NCBI GenBank assembly: GCA_965205975.1
Contig: OZ242195.1
Span: 1,440,001-1,504,000 of the forward strand
Direction: 5' to 3'
Origin: Candidatus Latescibacterota bacterium
Lineage (GTDB): Bacteria; Latescibacterota; UBA2968
DNA: 64,000 nucleotides
Shown here: positions 1-9,213 of the stretch, one piece after another
How the letters are laid out: each line of letters starts with the position of its first letter
How positions within the stretch are numbered: position 1 is the first letter of the stretch
The notes under the pieces: generated by a model
What the model was told of the DNA's origin: nothing
What the model saw: only the letters and a program-made list of their open reading frames with translations
The model's database searches: none
Translations under genes and position numbers: made by a program

Positions 1-2
1 AC

Positions 3-923
3 TTGAATCACGAGGCAAGTGGGCGCGAGGCAACATGTGAGATTTTGCAATGTCTGCACGATGTAATGCGCCAAAATGAAGCGGGCATTCGCGCGGATTG
101 GGATACGGAATTTCTGCACGATTTTAGGGTTGCGATTCGGCGCACGCGGTCAGCACTGAGTCAAATTAAAGGCGTTTTGCCCGAAGATGCGGTGGCACAT
201 TTTAAGGATGAGTTTCGGCAATTGGGCAGATCGACCAATCGGTTGCGCGATCTGGACGTGTATTTGCTCGAAGAAGAGACTTATCGCGCCTTGTTGCCCC
301 AATCGCTACAACCCGGGTTGGACGCCGTGTTTTTGCGCTTAAAAAACGAGCGTCGGCGTGCCCTTAACGACATGGTGCAGGTTCTCGATACGCCCGAATA
401 TCGGGGTCTGATGGATTCATGGACGGCTTTTTTGCAGGACGAACGGTCTCGGACGGAGGAGTATTCCGGCGTGCCAGCTATAACCCTTGCGCGAAAATTT
501 ATTTATAAGCGTTTTAAACAGGTGCTCAAAAGGGGCCAGGCAATTGGAGATGATACTCCGGATGAGGCACTGCACAATTTGCGAATTGACTGCAAAAAAT
601 TGCGGTATTTGTTGGAGTTTTTTACCTCGTTTTTTCCAAAAGATAAGATGGATAAACTCATCGGATATATGAAGAAATTGCAGGACAACCTGGGGGATTT
701 TAATGATTTATCGGTACAACAACAAGAGTTGATGGCCTATTTGAACGAAGTGTTGTCCCGCAGTCGGCGGGCGGATCGTCTGCTTTGCGCTGCGGCTATC
801 GGCGGGCTTATTGCGCGTTTGCACAGCCAGCAGCAGGTTGTTCGGCGCGAATTTGCCAGTGCTTTTGCCATTTATGCAGGAAAGAAAAATGTTCGTTTGT
901 ACCGCGACTTGTTTAGAAAGTAA
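3..923 (+). CDS. CHAD domain protein (polyphosphate-binding family), probably 5'-truncated by the window edge
   Basis: CHAD motifs 'LHDFRVAIRRTRS', 'RLRDLDV', 'LHNLRIDCKKLRY' and 'LQDNLGDFNDL'. Confidence 0.9.
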   Translation: MNHEASGREATCEILQCLHDVMRQNEAGIRADWDTEFLHDFRVAIRRTRSALSQIKGVLPEDAVAHFKDEFRQLGRSTNRLRDLDVYLLEEETYRALLPQSLQPGLDAVFLRLKNERRRALNDMVQVLDTPEYRGLMDSWTAFLQDERSRTEEYSGVPAITLARKFIYKRFKQVLKRGQAIGDDTPDEALHNLRIDCKKLRYLLEFFTSFFPKDKMDKLIGYMKKLQDNLGDFNDLSVQQQELMAYLNEVLSRSRRADRLLCAAAIGGLIARLHSQQQVVRREFASAFAIYAGKKNVRLYRDLFRK

Positions 924-936
924 ATCTCATTGAGGA

Positions 937-1683
937 GTGGATGTGAGTATCTTGGCGTTGTATAGCATGAAAGGTGGCGTGGGAAAAACCGCCGCCGCAG
1001 TGAATCTGGCTTATGAGGCGGTTCAATCCGGTGCAACCGCATTGCTATGCGATTTAGATCCACAAGGGGCTGCGGCTTTTTATTTTCGCATCCGCGCAAA
1101 GAAGAAGTTTGGACGCAAGCGTTTCTTGAAGGGCGGCAAGCACTTAGAAAATAATATTCGAGGGACGGACTTTGAAGGTCTGGACTTATTGCCTTCAGCC
1201 ATGTCTTTTCGCAATCTGGATTTGGGGTTGGATGCGCGGGCAAAAAATAAAAGCTATTTAAAGCGTCTGTTGACGCCGATGCGGCAAGAGTACGATTATA
1301 TTTTTTTTGATTGTCCGCCCAACCTGACGCTCCTGGCCGAGCATGTTTTCAGGGCAGCCGATTATGTGATTGTGCCGTGTATCCCGACGACTCTGTCGAT
1401 GTTGACACATCAAAAGTTGATGGACTTTTTTAAAAAAAACAAATTGAAACGCAAAAAATTGGTGTCGTTTTTTTCAATGGTTGAACGGCGCAAGACAATG
1501 CACAGGGAAATGATCGCGCAGGTGGGCGAGCGCAAGGGAAAATTTCTGAATGCGCAAATTCCGTACACGGCAGATGTGGAACGGATGGGCTGGGCGAGAC
1601 AACCAGTGGCAGGCTTCAGGCCATGTTCAAAGGCAACTCAAGCGTATCGGGAATTGTGGACAGAATTGCAAATGCTTAGATGA
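937..1683 (+). CDS. ParA/Soj-family ATPase (orphan, no parB adjacent)
   Basis: Deviant Walker A 'KGGVGKT', 'DLDPQG', 'DCPP'; 13 bp downstream of the CHAD gene. Confidence 0.9.
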   Translation: MDVSILALYSMKGGVGKTAAAVNLAYEAVQSGATALLCDLDPQGAAAFYFRIRAKKKFGRKRFLKGGKHLENNIRGTDFEGLDLLPSAMSFRNLDLGLDARAKNKSYLKRLLTPMRQEYDYIFFDCPPNLTLLAEHVFRAADYVIVPCIPTTLSMLTHQKLMDFFKKNKLKRKKLVSFFSMVERRKTMHREMIAQVGERKGKFLNAQIPYTADVERMGWARQPVAGFRPCSKATQAYRELWTELQMLR

Positions 1684-1730
1684 GTGGTGTGCGGTGCCTT
1701 ACCAGGCGCATACACGCGCTTAAAATAACA

Positions 1731-1759
1731 AACCCCCCCGACAAACTTGTCGGGGGGTT
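1731..1759. terminator. Hairpin between convergent parA-like and tonB genes; likely intrinsic terminator
   Basis: aacccccccgacaa-ac-ttgtcggggggtt inverted repeat. Confidence 0.7.
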
Positions 1760-1777
1760 GGTGTTTGCGTTTTTAGA

Positions 1778-2464
1778 TTACCGATCGATTCGAAAACGTA
1801 TGGGTATGACGAGATAGACTTTCACTGGTCTATCATTTTGACGGGCAGGCTTAAAACGGTATTGATTAACCGCCTGAAGGGCCGCTTTGTAAAAAATTTC
1901 TTTGCCTTTGACAGCATTGGCCTGTTCGACTATTCCGGCTTTGTCAACCAGTATTTTCAAGTGGACAGTACCCTCAATACCCGCCTTGAGGGCGACTGGG
2001 GGATATACCAGTGATCCTCGCTTGATGAGCACGGGTTTTTCTTCGACCATGAAATATTCGAGTATCTCTTCTTCTGGTTCCTCTATTACGGTGTCCTCAC
2101 CAGGGGGTGGTGGCACGTGGAGATCGACCTTGTCAAAGTCGAGGTCGGTGGTTTCAATAGTAACATCGTCGGGCACATCTTCGCTTTCGGTTGCAATGGG
2201 AATAGACGGCCGTGGAGGTGGCGGTGCGCGGTGAATTTGACGGGTTTCCGGTATATCGACGTTTTCGATGATGATGGTGCGGCGCTCTATTTTGCGCGTG
2301 CCGGCTGTGAATGTAGGAAACATCATTCCTATGCCCACATGCAAGATGAATGCAACCCCCATGCTGATGCGAAATATGCGCTTATAAGTGCGTTTGAGAT
2401 CACAATCTGGATTTTTGGTACGCGGAATTTCAGGCGTGATCCACTTATCTGATTTTTCGTTCAT
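1778..2464 (-). CDS. tonB: Energy transducer TonB
   Basis: N-terminal TM helix with His ('AFILHVG'), Pro-rich linker, TonB C-domain 'YPPVALKAGIEGTV...FKPARQ'; start placed at ATG 2464. Confidence 0.85.
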   Translation of the reverse strand: MNEKSDKWITPEIPRTKNPDCDLKRTYKRIFRISMGVAFILHVGIGMMFPTFTAGTRKIERRTIIIENVDIPETRQIHRAPPPPRPSIPIATESEDVPDDVTIETTDLDFDKVDLHVPPPPGEDTVIEEPEEEILEYFMVEEKPVLIKRGSLVYPPVALKAGIEGTVHLKILVDKAGIVEQANAVKGKEIFYKAALQAVNQYRFKPARQNDRPVKVYLVIPIRFRIDR

Positions 2465-2558
2465 GATTCTTCTCGGAAGAAAGAATTGCAGACTTATGTG
2501 ATTGAGCTTTCGATTTGTTTTACTGACTGCTGACCGCTTATACCCGCCTATTTTATAG

Positions 2559-2587
2559 ATTTTAACACTACCGTAACAGAAAGGCAA
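2559..2587 (-). promoter_or_regulatory. Putative sigma-70 promoter for tonB
   Basis: TTGCCT-17 bp-TAAAAT on the minus strand. Confidence 0.45.
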
Positions 2588-2691
2588 GGTGTTTTTACAA
2601 GACCCGATTTGACAAATTGCTTGTTTATTCATGGTTCATATCAATATATTGAAGCCTGTTAATCAATTATCACCTTTCTCGGGGTACAAAA

Positions 2692-4221
2692 ATGGGAAAC
2701 CGCTTCTCTCATTTGCGATTTATGTGTGCTGTGGGTATTCTGATTGGATGTTATAACCCCCAACGCGATCTGAGCATAGACCCATACAATACACCGCTCA
2801 TCCACATTATCGAGGCCGCTTATGATGAGAACGCGGGAATAGTCACTGTGCAGTGGGAGTATCTCGGGCAGAAGCGCGTTGAGAATTTTGTCCTCCAGCG
2901 TCGAGATATTTCTGGTTTTAGAAATATCGTGCGTTCCTCTGGTGCCGATGCCCAGGGCATATATGCAACAGCGGGAGCATTTCAAGACCGCGAACTATTT
3001 GCTGGCGAACGCCTGCAATACCGCGTGATTGCCGAACACAGCGAGGGTGGCCTGGTGAGTACTTCTGCTGTTGAAGTCCTTATCCCCGGTGCTGGTTTAC
3101 GCGAAATGCGGCGCGATCCCGTTGCCTTTACTGTGCAACTCGGCTGGGAGGCGGAAGCGGGTGAGGTGGTGACCTATGAAGTTGTGCGCGCCCCAGATGG
3201 AGGAGATTACGAGACGCTCTTTGTTACGCAAGACCCACAGCAGACGTCCTTTGAGGATCGGTCAATAGCTGACAATCGCCTTTATACTTATGCCATCAGG
3301 TCACACCTCTCAACGGGTGTGCAACATACAAGCCGCAGTGTGCGCGTGCAATTTTATCGCGAAGCGGGACGGTATATCGTAGCCCCCCTGCACAGGGGAC
3401 GCGAGCGGGTGCGCTTTTCTCCTGCTGGTCCCCATAACGAAGCCGACATGCTCGCCCTGATTGTTCAAGCCAACCAGAGTTCCCTTTCTTACCTGCGGCA
3501 TACTCTGAGTGAAAATATACCCAATAGGATATCACACCTCCTTGTCAAAACTGAGATGCTGAATTTGGGTTCCTTTCTGCCGCAATCTGTGGATCTGGTC
3601 GGGCCTCCTCCTCTTGCGGGGAGGGAGGGCGCTCGTTCAATCGCTTATATCGGCGGTATAGATTCAATTGGGCGCATTGGCGTTTCACGTATTGAATGGT
3701 CTATTAATACTACGGCAATATGGCAGCCTTTATTCCTCAATTGGATAAGCACGTCTTCGCATGTGCGATTGGCTCAGGACAATCAACAGCGATTTTATAT
3801 TGCAACAGGTCGGCAGTTGCGCGTCTATTCTGCCGAAGGTTCTCCTGTGGGCACTTTCGATCTCGAATATGAGAACCTTGTGGATATCGCAGTTCAAAAT
3901 GGCGTTATCTGGGTTGCATGGGCAAATGGGATTCAGCGGGGGATTTTGCACTTTTCTGGTGAGAGGCTCAGCAACATCACGTGGGAGGTTGTGCTGCATC
4001 CTCAGATTGAACCGCGTGCTTTCGCACTCAATACTGCAGGTCAGATTTTTGTACTGGATCGCACGCAGGTGCACATGTTTCGGGCAAATGGAGAAGAACT
4101 TCTCTCTTGGATCCTGCCTGCGGGCGCCTTCTCAGCAGGAGATCTAACTATCGGCAGTTCGAGCCTGAATCTCTTACATCTTTCAGATGAGAATGGGGAG
4201 ATCATAACTTATGTACCGTAA
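2692..4221 (+). CDS. Putative lipoprotein with two fibronectin-III-like domains and a C-terminal beta-propeller-like region
   Basis: Lipobox-like 'LIGC'; FnIII-like patterns ('VQWEY..FVLQR..YRV', 'LGWE..YEVVR..FED..YTYAIR'); short beta-strand repeats. Confidence 0.5.
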   Translation: MGNRFSHLRFMCAVGILIGCYNPQRDLSIDPYNTPLIHIIEAAYDENAGIVTVQWEYLGQKRVENFVLQRRDISGFRNIVRSSGADAQGIYATAGAFQDRELFAGERLQYRVIAEHSEGGLVSTSAVEVLIPGAGLREMRRDPVAFTVQLGWEAEAGEVVTYEVVRAPDGGDYETLFVTQDPQQTSFEDRSIADNRLYTYAIRSHLSTGVQHTSRSVRVQFYREAGRYIVAPLHRGRERVRFSPAGPHNEADMLALIVQANQSSLSYLRHTLSENIPNRISHLLVKTEMLNLGSFLPQSVDLVGPPPLAGREGARSIAYIGGIDSIGRIGVSRIEWSINTTAIWQPLFLNWISTSSHVRLAQDNQQRFYIATGRQLRVYSAEGSPVGTFDLEYENLVDIAVQNGVIWVAWANGIQRGILHFSGERLSNITWEVVLHPQIEPRAFALNTAGQIFVLDRTQVHMFRANGEELLSWILPAGAFSAGDLTIGSSSLNLLHLSDENGEIITYVP

Positions 4222-4987
4222 TCTATTTGTCGGGGTGTTATTTTGGCTGACAATGGGTTCAGTATGGGCAGATGATCGAGAAACTATTGAAAAAACGCAG
4301 GCTGCTTATCGCGCGGGAGATTATGCTGGCGCGTTTGAGACGCTTTCTCATCTTCCGCACTTATTGGGCGTGGTCCCCTTGCTCGACAGGTCACAACAGA
4401 GTCGGAGGGCCGAAATTTTTTTTGATCTGGGACGCATTCACATGGCTTCCGGCGATACGGCTCGTGCGCGTCTGGCACTTGTCGAGGCATTTCACCTGGA
4501 CCCAGAGGTCAACAGGGGAATTATGGATATTGGCCCGGATCAGGCACTTGCAGGTACGCGGGCATTGCTTTCGGACATGCGCCGCATAACGCTACGACAA
4601 ACCCTTGGGAAAACCACGTTTTGGGGTGCCGCGAGCCGATCGGTTCTTTTGCCGGGCTGGGGACAGTTGTACCGCGGGCACAAAAAACGGGGGTATGGCT
4701 TTATGGGGGCTTCAGCAGTGCTCGCTGCGGCCTGGCTTGTGAGCGATATATCCTATCGCAGTGCATATAATACCTATCGCGGTACGCGTTTGAATGATTT
4801 GCAACTGGGGCAACCCATAGCAGGCACGGACTCCGATGCGTTTGCCCAAAATTTTGAACGCGCAAAATCTCGCGCAGGGCGGGCCAATCTCGTGCTGGGC
4901 TTGCTCGCTGCGGTCTGGTTATCGAATGTACTGGATCATCTGGTGGTCGGGCCAGCCCAAGTTACCCTATCGGTACCCATAAATTGA
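4211..4987 (+). CDS. TPR protein with DUF5683-like C-terminal membrane domain
   Basis: Signal peptide, TPR-like 'FFDLGRIHMASGDTARARLALVEAFHLDP', motif 'SVLLPGWGQLY'. Confidence 0.6.
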   Translation: MYRNLFVGVLFWLTMGSVWADDRETIEKTQAAYRAGDYAGAFETLSHLPHLLGVVPLLDRSQQSRRAEIFFDLGRIHMASGDTARARLALVEAFHLDPEVNRGIMDIGPDQALAGTRALLSDMRRITLRQTLGKTTFWGAASRSVLLPGWGQLYRGHKKRGYGFMGASAVLAAAWLVSDISYRSAYNTYRGTRLNDLQLGQPIAGTDSDAFAQNFERAKSRAGRANLVLGLLAAVWLSNVLDHLVVGPAQVTLSVPIN

Positions 4988-4999
4988 GGAAGGCCGAGT

Positions 5000-7900
5000 T
5001 TGATGCTATTGCTGAGGCGAAAAATATTCTATTGGGTATGTCTTTTTGTACTATCCATCTTACTGTTGCCTGTCAGTGCTTTTTCCCAGTCGCCAGCCAC
5101 CTTTCGCTTGGCAATCGCGCCCTTTTATTCTCCTTACAATGGCGATTACGGCGTCTATATGGCCGATCGCATCGCCTATGAACTCTACCGCCGCGCCTAT
5201 GTTCCCGCTCTGGGGAGGGCGCGTTTTGTTTTAATAGAAACCGATGTATCGACAGGGGAGATAAACCAGGTCGATAAGCAGCTTTCACCCCAACAGCGCG
5301 AGTTCCTTAGCAAAAGGGTTCCCGCCACCTATCTTTTGACGGGTTCTGTCGCGTTTACTGGCATTTATACAATTAAACTCAAGCTCATTGATCTTCAGAC
5401 GGGTATAATTGTCTGGACGGGTGATGCGCGGGACAATCCTGCATGGGTGTGGACGCGGGCACATCGGTCTGTGGGAGAGATCCCCGCTGTCGAAGTGCGG
5501 TCTTCGCTTGGGTTTGTCGAAGAGGAAACACCTGTACCCGCGCCAGAAGCTGAACATTTGCCGCACCATATTCTCATGCAACCACTCCACACGACAGAAT
5601 ATCTGCCTCTTGCTGCCGATTGTGAAATGCACTTCAAAAAAGCGATTCAGCGCGATGGCCTGTTTTCCCTCGTACCAGGGGCATTAAAAGGGAGACAGGG
5701 GCGCGAGCGGTTTGATCGCATCAGTCCTGATCTGCGACGGCAAGCATCGGAAACAACGCTTGCAGAAGCCATCCTGACAGGCAGCTTGCTTGTACTGGGC
5801 AAAGATGGATCAATGGATAATTTTGGAGTGGTGTTGCGTTTGATTGACGTGGAGACTGGACAAATTCTCTGGATGGGGTCTTCAACTGGGCGAAGAGTCT
5901 GGCGATGGGACAAAATAGCGGATATTGTGTCTGCGACCATTGGACGACTTGGTGAAGACTTCGCGCAGTACGGGGCAGGGGCAGCAGAAACCCAGATTGC
6001 GGCGTTGCGCGACCATGCAAAAGATGGGAAATCGTGGAGTGTGCTCGGACATGCCTATCTTGAGCGGGGACTGCTCAAGCAGGCTGAAGAAGCATTTGAA
6101 AAAGCCATGATTTTCCCCGATGCTCCGGCAGAGGCAAGCGCGGGAAAAGGGCTGGTGTTGCTGAGACGAGGAGGGCATTTCGATGACGGCGTACAAGCAC
6201 TCAGGTCTGCAATCCGAACTGATCCAGATTATCTGGATGCGTATAGCTATCTCGCGCAGGCTCTTCTCGATCAGGGGATGTCTGATGGCGTGAAAATTGC
6301 CGAAAACGCCATTCGGCGCGATTCGACATATCTCCCGCCATACCGCGTGCTGGGCGATTGGTATGCCGACCGCGAAGATCATCAGAGCGCGCGGACGTTT
6401 TACCGGGCGTATTTGACGCGTAACCCTGACGATGAAGTCGCTGAACGGTTGGGTAGAAGTCTGTTGCAATTGAAAAATTATCGGGATATAGATCGCTTTA
6501 TCGCGCCTATCGCACGCGAAAAACCCGAAGCCTCGCATTTGTTACCCATTATGGCAATCAAAGCGTTGCGGGTGAAACGCTTTGAGGAATCGACCCAATT
6601 ATTCGAGCGGTTTCTCGCGCAAATTAACGCACGCGAACGCCAGCTTTACGACGATATTCAGGTGCTGTTGTTAAATGAAGAAATAGAGACTTATCGCGCG
6701 CTTGACGGAGCGGAAAAGAAAAATTATGTGGCGCGTTTTTGGCGTGCAAAAAATCCGAATTTGTCCAGCGCATACAACGAGCGACAACTGGCGCACTACG
6801 AACGGGTCTGGATGGCGCGCTGGTCATTTGGGCGGGAAAACTATCCCTGGGACAGGCGAGGTGAGGTCTATATTCGCTACGGTGAACCCGATTACCGCGC
6901 CCGATCGGGATGGGTCTCATCATTGCCTTCAACGCGTGTACAGGAAGTGAAGGAAAAGGTGTACCGAGAATTGTACCGGGATCCCAATCAAAGTGAATTG
7001 ATTGGCCCGGTTTTTCCCATTCGGAGCGATCGCGGATTTGCTGCCGAGCGCGAAAGTAATAGGCTCGATATTCCGGACCAGAGTACCTTTGGCCCGGTTG
7101 AGGGACGCAGTGAAGAAACCGCTCGCAGCGACCCTTCTCAGGAGGCTTACGCGCCTGTTACCATGCAACACGATCGCAGTATCGTGCCCTGGGAGTCGTG
7201 GGTATATACCGAGGTGGATGGCGGCATGGTCATCGATTTTACACGCGAATTGGGTGGCGTCTCCGGGTTTGATTTCGCGCCTATTCCGCCTATTCCGCCC
7301 ACTATGCTCAGAGACAATATTCGAATTGCCGAACACGCTCCGGCAATTCGCTACAAAAACGCCACAGTGAGCCAGTCCGATGAATTTCGCAAAGCACCTC
7401 ACTTATCGCTGGGCACTTTTTATTTTGATCTGGCGGATTTTCGGGGTAGTGCAGGCAAAACTCGCGTAGATATTATTTATGGCATACCGCTTGAAAATTT
7501 GCTCGTCGTTACAGACGGACAACAGCCCCAGGTGGTACTTGAGCGCGCGGTTGCGCTGGCCGATTCGGCATACCGCGTGGTGTATCGAAACGCGCAAAAA
7601 GTGCAGCATTTTGTAGATACCTCAAATGTCATTCGGGAAGTAGTGGATATCACGCGCCAGGATGTGCCCGCAGGAATGTATCATCTCACACTGACTGTTA
7701 CCGATGCTATGACCGCGCGGCAGGGGGTGTTCTCGCTCGATGTGACGATTGATGAATACGACGAAGAACAGCTTCATATCAGCGATCTCTTGCTCGTTAA
7801 AAGTCTATCGGATACGCTGCGCGATACGCGATTTCGTCGGGGAAATTGGCAAATCGTTCCCAATCCTCGAAGGACTGTTCGCGCGCCCAATCCACTGGCG

Positions 7901-8194
7901 TTTTATTGCGAAGTGTACAATTTGGCAAAAGACGAGTTTGGACAGACTCGCTATCGCGTGACAACCGCAGTCAAGGCAACGAGAACAGAGCAAAGACGCG
8001 GGCGAGGGAATGTTGACCAACCCGAGGTCGCGCTGTCCTATACACAAGTGGGCAACAGCGATTGGGAACGCTTGCCCCTCGAAGTACACCTCGAACACGC
8101 ACAGGCAGGGCAAAATCGCCTTTTTGTAATTATTGAGGATCTCGTCGCGGGAACACGGGTGGCAAAGGATACTTTTTTTCAGTATATTCGATAA
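5000..8194 (+). CDS. GWxTD-domain protein with N-terminal CsgG/TolB_N-like domains and TPRs
   Basis: 'FWRAKNP..NERQLAHYERV..WDRRGEVYIRYGEPD' matches the GWxTD core; 'LRLIDVETGQILW'-type motif twice; TPRs. Confidence 0.75.
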   Translation: MMLLLRRKIFYWVCLFVLSILLLPVSAFSQSPATFRLAIAPFYSPYNGDYGVYMADRIAYELYRRAYVPALGRARFVLIETDVSTGEINQVDKQLSPQQREFLSKRVPATYLLTGSVAFTGIYTIKLKLIDLQTGIIVWTGDARDNPAWVWTRAHRSVGEIPAVEVRSSLGFVEEETPVPAPEAEHLPHHILMQPLHTTEYLPLAADCEMHFKKAIQRDGLFSLVPGALKGRQGRERFDRISPDLRRQASETTLAEAILTGSLLVLGKDGSMDNFGVVLRLIDVETGQILWMGSSTGRRVWRWDKIADIVSATIGRLGEDFAQYGAGAAETQIAALRDHAKDGKSWSVLGHAYLERGLLKQAEEAFEKAMIFPDAPAEASAGKGLVLLRRGGHFDDGVQALRSAIRTDPDYLDAYSYLAQALLDQGMSDGVKIAENAIRRDSTYLPPYRVLGDWYADREDHQSARTFYRAYLTRNPDDEVAERLGRSLLQLKNYRDIDRFIAPIAREKPEASHLLPIMAIKALRVKRFEESTQLFERFLAQINARERQLYDDIQVLLLNEEIETYRALDGAEKKNYVARFWRAKNPNLSSAYNERQLAHYERVWMARWSFGRENYPWDRRGEVYIRYGEPDYRARSGWVSSLPSTRVQEVKEKVYRELYRDPNQSELIGPVFPIRSDRGFAAERESNRLDIPDQSTFGPVEGRSEETARSDPSQEAYAPVTMQHDRSIVPWESWVYTEVDGGMVIDFTRELGGVSGFDFAPIPPIPPTMLRDNIRIAEHAPAIRYKNATVSQSDEFRKAPHLSLGTFYFDLADFRGSAGKTRVDIIYGIPLENLLVVTDGQQPQVVLERAVALADSAYRVVYRNAQKVQHFVDTSNVIREVVDITRQDVPAGMYHLTLTVTDAMTARQGVFSLDVTIDEYDEEQLHISDLLLVKSLSDTLRDTRFRRGNWQIVPNPRRTVRAPNPLAFYCEVYNLAKDEFGQTRYRVTTAVKATRTEQRRGRGNVDQPEVALSYTQVGNSDWERLPLEVHLEHAQAGQNRLFVIIEDLVAGTRVAKDTFFQYIR

Positions 8195-8227
8195 AAGCAA
8201 TCCACTTAACTTTTTTAGGCTGACTGA

Positions 8228-8256
8228 TTGACAGAAATGCGAGCATTGCTTAAGTT
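8228..8256 (+). promoter_or_regulatory. Putative sigma-70 promoter for the ORF-ORF-ruvX-mltG-pcrA run
   Basis: TTGACA-17 bp-TAAGTT followed by an AAGGAG RBS. Confidence 0.5.
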
Positions 8257-8274
8257 TGCTTGAAGGAGTGGAAA

Positions 8275-8625
8275 ATGGAAAGGCCAGATTTTAGCGAAGA
8301 TGATCGCATATTGTCCGTTTTGACGGACAATGCAGATATTGAGGCGTTTAGCAATCTGATGGAACACGCACACGAGCAAGGGGTTAGTGCGGCTGATTTT
8401 ATCCGCGAAGAACCCAGACGCACCTCTCGAAAGCGCATTCGCAAGCTCTGTCTGAAAAACCGCAAACGATCCCTGCAGGTAATGTTCCAATCCGTCATCA
8501 AATCGCTATGGGATCGCCCTGTTACAGACACATCGGCTGTCGAATCCCTGTATGGGGGGATGCCTCCACAATTTGGAAAGCCCCACCGCAATGGTCATAC
8601 CAACAAAAGGAATAAGGGTGAATAA
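8275..8625 (+). CDS. Hypothetical protein (116 aa)
   Basis: ORF with AAGGAG RBS upstream of ATG 8275; no family recognised. Confidence 0.55.
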   Translation: MERPDFSEDDRILSVLTDNADIEAFSNLMEHAHEQGVSAADFIREEPRRTSRKRIRKLCLKNRKRSLQVMFQSVIKSLWDRPVTDTSAVESLYGGMPPQFGKPHRNGHTNKRNKGE

Positions 8626-8794
8626 TCCACTGATCCTTCGGGCACATATTGATGAAATAGAAGCCCTTAGAGACGACCTGTTGCCATCTGCAAAACGCGG
8701 ACAGGGCGATGCGCGTGAACTCGCGATTGTCCTTCACAAGATTGCAATGGAAAAGCGGGATCGTTTGCGAGGGCATACGAACAAACAACCCTGA
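8618..8794 (+). CDS. Small hypothetical helical protein (58 aa)
   Basis: GTG start overlaps the previous stop; ends 2 bp before ruvX. Confidence 0.5.
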   Translation: MNNPLILRAHIDEIEALRDDLLPSAKRGQGDARELAIVLHKIAMEKRDRLRGHTNKQP

Positions 8795-8796
8795 TT

Positions 8797-9207
8797 ATGG
8801 CGCGTATTCTATCCGTTGACTTTGGCAGGCGCCGCATTGGGCTTGCGGTATGCGACGAATTGCAAATTTCTGTTCGGGGATTGCCCACACTTAAAGTTCG
8901 CAATTTCAATGACAGTATAGCACAGGTCGCACAGGTCGCGGGGGATCAGGCAGCAGAGGAAGTGGTGGTTGGCTTGCCCTTAAACATGGATGGCAGCCGT
9001 GGGGACATGGCGCAAGTCGCAGAAAATTTCGCTTCTCAACTCGCTGTTTTGTGCAATATACCAGTTCGCATGTTTGATGAACGACTTTCATCGGTAGGAG
9101 CAAAACGCGAGTTGCATACCATGAAAAGAAAAAAACGCAAAGGAGAAGTAGATCGCCTATCTGCTGTATTAATCCTCGAAACCTATTTGCAGCACAAAGG
9201 AAGATAG
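8797..9207 (+). CDS. ruvX: YqgF/RuvX pre-16S rRNA nuclease
   Basis: 'ILSVDFGRRRIGLAV', 'VVGLPLNMDG', 'DERLSS', 'DRLSAVLILE'. Confidence 0.95.
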   Translation: MARILSVDFGRRRIGLAVCDELQISVRGLPTLKVRNFNDSIAQVAQVAGDQAAEEVVVGLPLNMDGSRGDMAQVAENFASQLAVLCNIPVRMFDERLSSVGAKRELHTMKRKKRKGEVDRLSAVLILETYLQHKGR

Positions 9208-9213
9208 CCTCTC

